Part shown: positions 45,001 to 57,000 of the stretch, in pieces | Layout of the letters: every line of letters begins with the position of its first letter | How positions within the stretch are numbered: position 1 is the stretch's first letter | Origin: Malacoraja senta | Taxonomy: Eukaryota | DNA: 64,000 nucleotides | NCBI GenBank assembly: GCA_038087875.1 | Contig: CM075985.1 | Span: forward strand, 25,110,001 to 25,174,000 | Direction: 5' to 3' | Notes under the pieces: generated by a model | Databases searched by the model: none | What the model saw: the letters and a program-made list of their open reading frames with translations, nothing else | Told to the model about the DNA's origin: nothing | Translations under genes and position numbers: made by a program

Positions 45001-48000
45001 CAAGGGAAAGTATTATAAAATGCTGTATACTGTAGCGGCACCTAGTGGTTGCTTGAGGCAAAGCGATCCCTCGCTTTTAAATGGCGCCATCATGTGATCG
45101 CGGGTGTGTTTTCGCGGGCTTTTGGTTCCTCAGTTGATCTAGCTCCACCCAGCACGCAGTTTTTGTATACTTCTTTTTGTTTGTCGTTTACAAATAAAGA
45201 TTTGTTTTAATCAACCTGCTCGTCTAGCCACAGTGGTGACCCCGCCGGTCCGATCGTGATTTCGGTTCCCGACAATAAGTGCCGTCGAAAACCTCGACGC
45301 CCAGCCCACCCAGCAAAATGCGGTGGCTCTGAAACTGCCCGTTTTCTGCTAAGTGCAGCCTCAAGTGTGGTTCGCCCACATTGAGGCCCAATTTGAGCTC
45401 CGCAATATCGTCGCAGACACCACTCGCTACTTTTACGTGGTTTGGGAGCTCAGTCAGGAGACTGCCATCCGATTGTTGGCGTACCTGCAGAATCCGCCTG
45501 CAATCGGCAAATACGAGGGCCTCAAGGCACTGCTGTTCCACACTTTCGGGCTCAGTCGCGACGATCGCGCCGCCCGCTTTCTCCATGTGGACAGCCTCGG
45601 CGTTCGTAAGCCTTCCCCGCTGATGAGCAAGATACTCCCCCTGATGGATGGCCACCAGCCCTGCCTGCTTTTCGAACAGGCTTTCCTGGAGCAGATGCCC
45701 AATGACAACCGCCTGCTACTCGCTGGATCGGATTTTGCCGACCCCCTGCAGCTTGCTGAATGGGCCGACGTGCTGTGTGTCGCCAAGCAGCTGGACGGTG
45801 GGTCTATCAACCGGGTGTCCAGAGCCTCGCACCACCAGCCTCTCAGAGACGTCCAGCCCTCCGCTGCCATTGCCGCACCGCAGCCGCCCGCTGGAGACCA
45901 TGGAAAGTGCCATTGGTGCTAATACCACCAACGCTGGGGTGCAGTGGCTCATCGATGCCATGCCCCCTGCTCGTTTCCGGGAAATGCCTCGGCCAGTAGA
46001 GACTATCGCGGTCGGCCAGAATCATCGCCTCTACATCCAGGATCACTGTTCCGGGCTTCGTTTCCTCGTTGACTTCGGGGCTGTGCTGAGCATCCTCCGT
46101 CCGACTGGACTTGACACCTGTGCTGGTAAGCGTGGCCGCGTCCTGACCGCCATCAACAGTAGACCCATTCGCACGTACCGCACATGGACACTTTCCCTTG
46201 TTCTCGACTCCCGCCCGTACTCATGGACTTTCACCATCGCGGATGTTTCCCAGTTGTTACTGCGTGCCGATTTCCTGTGGGCCTTCTCGTTAATGGTGGA
46301 CATGCGGGGCTGGCGCCTTGTGCCTCTGGAGTCCCCTAGGCCCACGGTCCCTGAGGCCCGCTGACCCATCCAGCCTGCAGCTGTGATCGGTGGCTGATGG
46401 GGACGGGCCGTATACCTCCTTACTCGCCGAATCCCCCAGACCTTCTGACCCCCCGTATTTGCGCAGCTGCTCTTAAGCATGGGGTGGTGCATCACATCCC
46501 TACCGCCGGTCCCCCACTGTATGCACGGGCGCGCAGGCTCCCGCCCGACAACCTGCGGATCGCGAAGGAGGAATTCCGCCTAATGGAGGACATGGGGATT
46601 GTGCGGCGCTCTGACAGCCTGTGGGCGTCCCCGTTGCACATGGTCCCCAAATCATCTGGGGGTTGGAGACCGTGTGGGGATTACCGACGTCTGAACGCTG
46701 TCACGACCACGGACTGCATATTCAGGACTTTACAGCCGACCTGTTTGGTGCTAACTTCTTTTCCAAGGTGGACCTGGTGCGCGGCTACCACCAGATTCCC
46801 GTCCACCCCGATGACGTGCCCAAGACCGCTATCATCACCCCATTCGGCCTTTTTGAATGGCTGCGCATGCCGTTTGGTTTAAAGAACGCCATGCAGGCTT
46901 TCCTGCGGCTCATGGATAAGGTGGGCCGGGGGTTGGAGTTCGTGTTCATGTAACTGGACAACATTCTGGTCGCCAGCCGCTCCCACCCGGAACACTGTGC
47001 ACACCTACAGGTGTTATTCCAGCGGCTTCAGGATCACAGGCTTGTAATCAACCCTGTCAAGTGTCAGTTTGGCCTTCGCTCCATTTCCTTCCTGGGGCAC
47101 CACGTCCCCTCGCAGGGCGCGGCCCGCTAAGGTGGAGGCCATTTGGCAGTTCCCTCGGCCCCTCACCGACAAGGGGTTGCAGGAGTTTGTCGGCATGATC
47201 AATTTTTATCATCACTTCGTGCCGGTGGCGGCCGGGATCAAGCGGCCTTTGTTTCAGTGCCTAGCCGGTAAGCCACGGGACCTCGTGTGGGATGAGGAGG
47301 TCGCGGCTGCTTTCGACGGTGCGAAGCAGGCGTTGGCCAAGGCCACCATGCTGGTGCACCCGCGAGCTGCTGCTCCGACCGTCCTCACCGTGGATGCCTC
47401 CGACACGGCTGTCGGAGGGGTTCTGGAGCAGTTCCTCGCCGGCCGCTGGCAGCTGCTTGCATTTATCAGTCATCACCTGCGACCTCGGAGCGTAGCTACA
47501 GCGCTTTCGACCGGGAACTCCTGGCCCTTTATTTGGCTGTCCGCCATTTCCGTTATTTTCTCGAGGGCTGGCCTTTCATGGCCTTCACAGACCACAAGCC
47601 CTTGACGGTCACCTTTACCAAGGTGTTCGACCCCTGGTCAGCTTGGCAACAATGGCACCTGCCATTTTTGTTGGAGTTCACCACCGACGTTCAGCACATG
47701 GCGGGCAAGCTGAATCTGGTCGCGGAGACTTTGTCTCGCCCTGCGGTCCCGGCCGTGGTGTCTGTGGACCGCGGCATGGATTATTCTGGGCTAGCCGCCG
47801 CGTAACGCGAGGGTGGCGAAATGGATGTTTACCGGACGGCTGCCTCGGGGTTGAAGTTGGCTGATGTCCCGTTCAGTCCAGCAGGTGTGTCGGTCCTCTG
47901 CAACGTGTCCACCGGGAGACCACGCCCTATCGTCCCATGTGGGTTGGCGGCGGCGTGTTTTCGATGCTATCCACGGTCTGGCCCATCCTTCCATCCGGGC

Positions 48001-51000
48001 GACTTCTGCGTTGGTGGTGGACAAGTTTGTCTGGCTGGGCCTCCATAAGTAGGTTGTGGCCTGGGCCAGGGCCTATATTCCCTGCCAGACGTCAAAGGTC
48101 CAGCGGCATGTGCGGGCACCACTGCAGGATTTCGTGGTTCCCCCCTGCCGTTTCCAGCACATTCATGTCGATTTGGTGGCTCCGCTGCCGACGTCTCGCG
48201 GTGCCACCCACCTGCTGACTGTCGTGGATCGCTTCACGAGGTGGCCAGAGGCAATTCCACTCGCTGAAACTTCCGCCGTGTTTTGCTCATTTTGGTGTGC
48301 CTGCGGACATCTCCACTGACCGGGGGGCTCAGTTTACTTTGGCTTTGTGGTTGGCTTTGGCACAGCTGTATGGGACGCAGTTGCATTACACCACTGCTTA
48401 TCACCCTCAGGCCAACGGGTTGGTGGAGCGCTTCCATCGGCATTTGAAGTCGGCGCTGAAGGCACGGTTCACAGGCCCGGACTGGGTCGACCAGTTGCCT
48501 TGGGTGTTGCTGGGTATTCGCACGGCCCCAAAGGCGGATTTGGACACGTCATCCGCTGAACTCGTGTACGGCTCCCCGCTGCGGGTACCCGGGGATTTCC
48601 TTCCTGCACCTCGCGGGCAGCAGGAGCCCACTTTGACTGTGTTGCCGAAACTCAGGGAGAACGTGGGTGGCCTGGCTCCCATCCCGACCTCTCGGCATGG
48701 GACGGCTCCGGTATATGTACCGCCGAATTTTAAGAGCTGTTTATTTGTGTTTCTCCGCAGGGACTCACACCGGACTCAGCTGCAGCGGACTTATGAAGGT
48801 CCTTTCCAGGTGTTGGGCCCCGGCATCAGGACTTTTCTTTTGGATGTCGGGAGGAGATCGTTTCGATCGCTCGCCTCAAGCCTGCCCACGAGGATATCGA
48901 TAGCCCGGTGCTGGTGGCTCAACCCCGGCGTAGCGGTCATCCGCTGGTCGTCCCAGTTGCACCTGCGACTTTAACGATTGCTGGCTCTGTCGGCCAGTTC
49001 CGCCTGTACCGCCGGTTGTGCCCCTCGTTTCCACTCGGTCCGGTCACCTCATTCAGCCTCCCACTTGGTTCCTTACCTCGGGTTCTAGGGGGGGGTCCTG
49101 TAGCGGCACCTAGTGGTGGCTTGAGGCAATGCAAACCCTCGCTATTGGTTGGCACCATCATGTGATCGCGGGTGAGTTTTCGCGGGCTTTTGGTTCCTCA
49201 GTTGATCGAGCTCCACCCGGGTAACAGGAGCTTTAATATATTTGGCTGACCCAGCACGCAGTTTTCCTATACTTCTTTTTGTTTGTAGTTTACAAACAAA
49301 GATTTGTTTTACTCAACCTGCTCATCTCGCCAAAATACTATCTCCATTTGCCACTAATCAGAAAGAGTAACTTGAACAAGACATGGTGGAGAGGATACCA
49401 AATGTAATGATTAAAGTGCATTCATCAAATACAACATAGCAAGGTTATAACAAGGAGCAAACCATCAGTTGCACCTCTTCATATAAAAGTATTCTGACAT
49501 AATAATAGATAACTGAAGAGATGCATAGAATACAGTGAACATGGTGTTGTAATCTGTGCATAGATTTCATCTGTTTTGTAAATGCAGAGTGCAACATTGA
49601 AACCAGCAAGGATTGATGCTGGAAGTTTTGCAGTTTGCGATACATTTCGAAAAGACTTGGAAGTGAATATAAATCGATTGATTAGTAAGTTTGCTGATGA
49701 CACCAATATTGGCGGAGTTCCGGAAGAGTCAGGATTTGCTGTTACAACTTTACAGAACTTTGGTTAGGCTGCATATGAAGTATTGCGTACAGTTTTGGTC
49801 TCCACATGCAGAAGGATTTGAAGGCATTGGAGAGTGTAAGGAACAGGTTGACGGAATGCTGCTTAATTGAGGATATTAGGTATTAGGTTAGACAAAATTG
49901 GATTGTTTTCTCGAGAATTTCAGAAGTTGAGGGGACACCTGATAGTTGTGTATGGAAATACATGAGGCATAAATAGGGTAGAGTGTTATTCCCAGGGTAG
50001 AAATGTCAAATGCGAGAGGGCATAGCTCTAATATGAGTGGGGAGAATGTAATGGAGATTACCGTATTAAGATTTTTAACTTTTTAAAAAATGAAAAGTGC
50101 TTCATGTTCGGCACAGATACTGTGGAATGAAGGGTCTGGTCCTGTGATGTACTGTTCTATTTGTCGATTTATAATATATCAGCCTAAGAGTACTACTTTT
50201 GCAAAAATTCCAACGTTGAATATTCTAAATAAGGATTGACATGTGCTTGCATTTCTAGTGAAACATGCATTTGAAGAAATACATTTGAACAAATACTTCA
50301 CTTACCAGACGTGGAACTGGGAGGAGGGTGATGTGCTGTTGATGTAGTTGTAACTGGGAAAACAAAAATAAAAATTCAGCCGCTACAGCTTTCTGATGTT
50401 GAGTACACTGATGATTGATAACCCCTTTAGAAACATAGAAACATAGAAAATAGGTGCAGGAGTAGGCCATTCGGCCCTTCGAGCCTGTACCACCGTTCAA
50501 TATGATCATGGCTGATCATCCAACTCAGTATCCTGTACCTAATGTAAACCTACTGTGAAACTTCTTATCTCAATCTGTAACAGGCAAACTCTGATCCAAA
50601 TCAATGCTCACTAGCTTCAAATTATGTGATATAGGGAAATATATTGTCCATTTGGATATTATTCAATGTATATGGGTTGATTAGTAAGTTTGCAGTTGTA
50701 ACTGGGAAAAGAAGAAGAAAAATTCAACTGCCGCAGCTTTGTGATGTGGAGTACATGGATGATTCATAACCCCCTAAGAGAACCCCCTAAGATTCATAAC
50801 CTCATTATCTCGATCTTAGCAGGCAAACTCTGATCCAAACCGACACTCCCTAGATATCAATAAAGTCATGTCTGGAAATGATCTGCTTTTGTATTACTCA
50901 TGTAGGTGTACTGAATGTGGAGAGAACAAAAAATGATAACGAGTAGTGAGTTCTTACTTTTTCCAAATCTTTAAAATAATGAAAATGGCAGTGTTGTATG

Positions 51001-54000
51001 AAATAGGCAGAGGAGAGGGATTAGCTGCTGTGTTGTTATACAACAGTGCCATGGTTTCAAATGCCAAATGTTCTAATGTGTTATCATTTGATAATTTGAT
51101 TGATCTGTCACCTCTTACCCGTTGTCGACTTTGTCGTGGATGCAGTTGTTGTTCCACTTGTTGTAGTTGTCACTGCTGGGGAACAAAGAAAAACATTGAA
51201 AACTGTTGCACACCTCCTTAACGTCCCACATCTCAGAACATGTTGAAGTCCTTAGTTGTTTCACAGATAAATCATAGAAAAAGTGAAAAAAATAATTATT
51301 ACAGTTACAATAGCTGGAGCTATAAATTCAAACTAATTTGTCTCACTGCTCTTATGAAACTGCATTTGGTTGGATGGGAGCCACTCGTGGATCTAATGGG
51401 AGAACTTTGCCTTTTCAAAAAATAATCAAAATCAGTAAGCTACAGTGTAAATTACAACACACCACTCCCGTAAAATTTCAACCCGAGTCTATTGGCCATA
51501 AAAATTGTTGATACATCTCTGAAATTTATATGTGCTTTTATTTTTAACCACACAAACTTTTTCCATTTCTGCTGAATAAATCCATCACTTACCAGTTGAT
51601 GAAGTGGAAATAGGTGTAGTTGTTGTTGTACTTTCTGTCACTGTTGTGAGAAAGAGAAAAACATTCAAAACTGAAGAATTTGTAATCAACAGTAACCAGT
51701 AGTGTTGATGGGGATGCATTGATTGCTTATTTTATACCTAAGCGTAAATAGGAAATTATTGGTTACTAATGCTAAATCCATTTCCTTTGATTGGAAAATT
51801 GAAAATGGAAGAATATTACCCAGCACAATACACAAAGGTGGCAATTTTTTAGATAAAATCTGTCAAAGATTCAAATAGAAAATGTCAGTTGTGTATTACC
51901 ATCCATGCAAGATCCAAGTATTAAATTACAATCAAATGCTGGTAATATTTTGTAGATAAGTTGATGAGTATTTTGAAATCAGATTCACACAACCATGCAT
52001 TTCTCAGTAACATCATCCAAAGGTTCTCTGGAACTTCAGCCGGTGAGGAGAGACTTGATAGAAGTACTGTATATAAAATTATGAGAGGCGTAGATAGAAT
52101 ACAAATTCAGAACTTTTTTCCCAGTGTGGAAATGTCCAACACAAGAAAGCATAGCTATATGGTGTGGGGGGAAGTGGGGGAAAAATAATTGAGATGTGCG
52201 GGGCAAGTTTTTCTTTTGCACAGAGGGTGGTGAGAGCCTGGAACACATTGCCAGCGGTGGTGGTGGAAAACTGAAAAAAATGTAGTTGATTGAAATCCAG
52301 CAGTGATGACTGAAACTCAAGACGGCTATATTTAAATGACATTCAGGTGTGATGAGCGTCAACTATTTGGTAATTAATGCACCAAAAGAAAAAAGAAAAA
52401 TGAACACATGCACAGTTAGAAAAGCAGCAGCAAATGTTTGTTTCAGACGCACTTTTTCAATTTATTAGACAAAGAACAAAGGGAAAGAATACAAACAAAC
52501 ACAATTAATCATCATCCATAAATGATTTTGTCAAACATTCTATGGAATAAAAAAATCTGTTGTGTTTCACAATCAACGCTCCTGAAAGTGGTGACATAGG
52601 TGGTGACGATAATATTTGGTATTCTTGCTTTCATAGGCTGAGGAATTGGATATGAGAGTTGGGACATTATGCAACATTTGGTTGGATGGTACGTGTGTAC
52701 AGTTCTGGTCACCACACTGTGGTAGTAATAAAGAGAATGCAGCAGAATTTACCCCAATGGTTGCTGGAATTGAGGGCTGTAATTCTAAGAAGAGATTGGA
52801 TATAGACTGGTTTTATTCTCAGTGGAATATAGGAGGCCAAGTGGGAACCTTATAAATATTCAAAAATATGTTAAGGGGTATTGTTAGTGGCTTTTATCCC
52901 TGGGCAGGAGAATCTAGAATTAGAGGCAACAGGTTTAAGGTGAGAGGGGAAAACATTATAGGAGATTTGTGGGGTAGATTTTTCACAGACGGTGGGGTGA
53001 TTATCTGGAACAAGCTGACAGAAGAAGTGGTAAAGGCAGATATACAATTACAATATTCAAAAAGCATCTGGAACGGGGTACTGGATGATCAGCCATGATC
53101 ATATTGGATGGCGGTGCAAATTTGAAGGGCCGAATGGCCTACTCCTGCATCTATTGTCTATTGTCTATTGAGTATGATATTCAGACATAAAATGGCAGCA
53201 TGGAAACATTGAATACTGTTTGAAATCAAAGTCCTGCTGGAGCTTCAACACATGAGGTGCTTGTCACCTCAGCAATATGATATCAAGTAAGATTTGTCTT
53301 AAAAATATGAGTTTGTGCATGTTCATAATTTTGAACGACAAATGGTACTTGCAGTACCCAAGTATCCAATTATCCCTGTTCTTGCCAAGTGATTACCGAT
53401 GTGCTGCCTTTTTTTAAACTAAATTTGACGCTATTATGTTATCGATTCTGCCCAATTTATTATTTGATTTTTAAACCATTTGTGCAATCTATTGTCTAAT
53501 CTGGTTTGCCTGAAACTATCTCATGGATCCAAGTTTGTAATATTGGGACTATCCCTTATGAGAGTTACAAATCCCTTCCCAACATTTTCCATTAAAATTC
53601 TCCTATCTCTCCTTCGCCGTCACTAAGCAGACAACCAAAAGAATTCATCCAGAATTGAACAGTATCAGCAGTCAATCCATAAACTATTCCCGTTGAATTG
53701 TAGAAGCAAGCCTAGGACTTTTTTTTATCATGAATACAGGAAATGGAGAAGATGTAATAACCTTGGGGTAGAAAATTGGAAAAATATAGCAGTGCCAATT
53801 CTATAAAATATCCCTGGTGTAGATGACACTAAGAAAATATGTGCTGAAGTCCCATGTCACATTTTCTTCTGTCGTAATCTAGGTTACAGCTATAATGATA
53901 TTAACCAGATTTTGCGGTAAAATAAATGTGGCACCTACAACTTCCTGTTACTATAGAATTAATTTGACAACATCATCAAATGTCTGCACATGCATTGTTT

Positions 54001-57000
54001 AGCTGTCCGTGTCTCAGAATTTTCTATAATCTTCTGGTGGGTTCACAATAATGAAATGATGAACATCTGTGATTATTTATTGAGAAGATGAATGAGAAAA
54101 CTTTTCCTTTGCTGCTGACATTAACACCATGGCCAATAATGGAAAAGAATATCTGTAAATCAAATTTTCCCTGATAGATATTTTCATGTAAAGCGAAAGG
54201 GGACGTGGTACTTACTTGTGAAAAAATTGCTTTAAACATGAAAACATTCAATGAAATGAAAATATTTAACCATCATATTTTCCATTTTTCCACCTGAATT
54301 TGATTACATTGAAGTCTGATAATCCTCAAAGTCCTAAGAATCCTTTTCATAAAGTCCTGCTTAACATAATATGTATTAAAAAACATCACTCACCATTTGC
54401 AGGTGTGGTGCATGAAACATCTGCAGAACAAGAAACAGAAACAATGCAAATATTTAAGTGAAAAGCATTTGCATACTTTATTTATGGCCACATAAGTGGG
54501 TTTCTTCACAATGTTCGTAATGTTTCTGCAGACGGCTGAGTTTCTCCAGCATTTTTGTCTACCTTCGATTTTTCTAGCAGTTTCTGCAGTTCTTTCTTAA
54601 ACAATGTAATGTTGAGGCTCTGTAAGGCGATGGTAAGGCCGCATTTGGAATATTGTGAGCAATTCTGGACACCATATCTGAGGAAGGATGTGCTGCCTCT
54701 GGAGAGGGTCCAGAGGAGAATTACAAGAATGATCCCATGAATAAGTAGGTTAACCTATGATGAGCATTTGTTGGCACTGGGCCTGTACTCTCTGGAGTTT
54801 AGACGAATGAGGGGGGACCTCATTGAAACATACAGAATAGTGAAAGGCTTGGATGGAGTGGATGTGGAGAGGATATTTCCATTAGTTGGAGAGCCTAGAA
54901 CTAGAGGTCATAGCCTCAGAATTAATCAACGTTCTTTTAGAAAGGAGATGAGGAGGAATTTCTTTGGTCAGAGGTGGTGAATCTGTGGAATTCTTTGCCA
55001 CAGAAGGCTGTAGATGCCAAGTCAGTGAATATTTTAGAGATAGATAGATTCTTGATTTGTACAGGTGTCAGACGTTATGGGGAGAAGGATGGAGAATGAG
55101 GTTAGGAGGGAGAGATAGATCAGCCATGATTGAATGGCAGAGTAGACTTGATGGGCCGAATGGCCTAATTCTACTCCTATTCCTTATGACCTTATGACTT
55201 TTCCTCATGAAACAATACGATTTTAAGTTTCAAAATTTGATTTGAAAATAAATTTAGCAGATTTTAATGATGGCGAAAATGACTATTCTTAAGGTCACCT
55301 TCATTGTGTGGGTCTGTAAAATAAAACTGCTTACCTCTACATTCAACCTTTCCGTTGACACACACGCTGCAAAAAATAGCAAAATACCTCAAGTCAGTGT
55401 CACAAAACCCCTCAGTATACACTACTCCCAGTCTAAATGCAATTACTAATGTTCATTAACAAGGACATACAAGTAATTTATGTACAAGTCAAGTCAATTA
55501 TATTTGCTACGTAATTGGATTAGAAAAATAGAAAATGCTTTTTATTGAACCCCTCCATTTAGCTACTTCAGACAGTGCCTTGAATTTCACATGAAGTACT
55601 CGGTATTGAACATTAGTTGCTTATCAGTGATATACCCCTGATGGATTTTGCAATGGTGATCTATGGTTGAAAGCCACATTCAGCAGTAGAGGCCAATAAC
55701 TCAGAGGCCTTATGGCTACTATCCAAGCTCACAGCTAGAAACAATCTCGAAAGCAATTTGGGCATTGAGCCACAGGATGCAGGCCTGATCTTAAAGTAAT
55801 ACTTCCCATCTGATTCACCAAGGAAAAGTAGACTGGTTGGAGAATTTAGGAAGTGGGATGGTGAAACATTGGAAAAAGTTACTATTAAAAAAATATGAGG
55901 TGCCTTAGTGAGATTTTTCTGGATAAATCCTCAGAGCATAAAGGGAGATAATGCAAGGAAGGAGGTTGTTGGAGTGATTGTTATTTTTTTGCTGGCTGTC
56001 AGTGTAAAATCTGTGGTATGGAAGTTATTATTGAAGATTTCAAGGAATGGGGTTAATCAGGGTTGAAAGGCAGGGAAGGGTAAAGGTCAATGTGTTAGGG
56101 AGATTCTGTCTGACTAATTTGAGTGATTTTTTTGCACAAGTGATTAAGTGTATTATTGAGTGCACTGCAATTGACAGACTTCATAGATATCTTTAAACCG
56201 TATAAGAAACACACAGGAGACTGATCCCAAACATAAGAGCTCATTGGTTATTTTGATCCAAACTGGAAGCAGAGAATGATGGTCAGAGCTGTTTTTGCAA
56301 TTGATGGGAGACCAATTTCAATTGATCTTAGACTACATGATAATATTGATGTTAATTAGACAGTTAGAATGACAGTGATGGAAGTTAATCATAGAGTCAT
56401 AGGTCATACAGCATGGAAACAGGCCATTTGGTCCAGCTTGCCCATACTAACCAAAGTGCCACATCTACACAAGTCCCACCTGCCCACATAGGACTCATAT
56501 CATTCTAAGCCTTTCCTAACCATGCAGACTGTCCAAATGTCTTTTAAATGTTGTTATAGTTTCTGTCTAAACCACTTCCTCTGGCAGTTCATTCCATATA
56601 CTCACCACCCTCTGTGTGGAAAACGTTGCCCCTCAGATTCCTACTAAATCGTTGCCCTGTCACCTTTACCTATATCATCTGGTTCTTGATTCCCCTACTC
56701 TGGGTAAACAACTCTGTGCATCTACCCTATCTATTCTCCTCATGATCCTAAACATCTCTAAAATATCACTCCTTATCCTCCTACACTCCAAAGAATCCAG
56801 TCCTAGCCTGCCTAACCTCTCCCTATAGGTCAGGCCCTCAATTCCCGGCAACATCCTCGTAAATTTTCTCTGCACTCTTTCCAGCTGAGCAACATCTTTC
56901 CTATAGGAGGGTGACCAAAACTGAACACAATACTCCAACTGTGGCCTCACCAGCACCTTTTACAGCTGTAACATAACATCCAACTTCTATACTCAATACC

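Larger units (their letters stand above)
1..45030. repeat. Tandem array of a ~1.9 kb unit (26 A-anchored copies; ~1.2-1.7 kb deletion variants; ~2.5 kb CR1-containing variants) carrying mucin micro-exons A, B, C
   Basis: Near-identical sequence recurs with ~1,905-1,915 bp period (e.g. A exons at 404, 2316; 9159, 11074, 12985, 14889). Confidence 0.98.
45031..49334 (+). mobile_element. Full-length degenerate Ty3/Gypsy LTR retrotransposon, antisense to the mucin
   Basis: Two LTRs, 4-bp TSD atac (45027-45030, 49335-49338), PBS, PPT, order gag-PR-RT-RNaseH-IN with stops and frameshifts. Confidence 0.96.
49339..50935. repeat. Diverged, non-homogenised copy of the array unit plus a partial second copy
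   Basis: Colinear with the unit (caacatagcaaggtt..., CR1 relic, exon B, caggcaaactctgatccaaa twice) with many more substitutions. Confidence 0.85.

Noticed and set aside
1-45030. CRISPR array, rDNA/snRNA/histone cluster or non-coding satellite
   Set aside because: No repeat-spacer structure or recognisable RNA or histone gene; splice sites and PTS coding explain the unit
45224-49165. Many overlapping GC-rich ORFs as host genes or an active element
   Set aside because: Fragments and antisense shadows of a frameshifted gag-pol with destroyed protease and RT catalytic motifs
54205-54240. Donor-like gtaagt on the minus strand
   Set aside because: No good acceptor or PTS-like reading frame upstream
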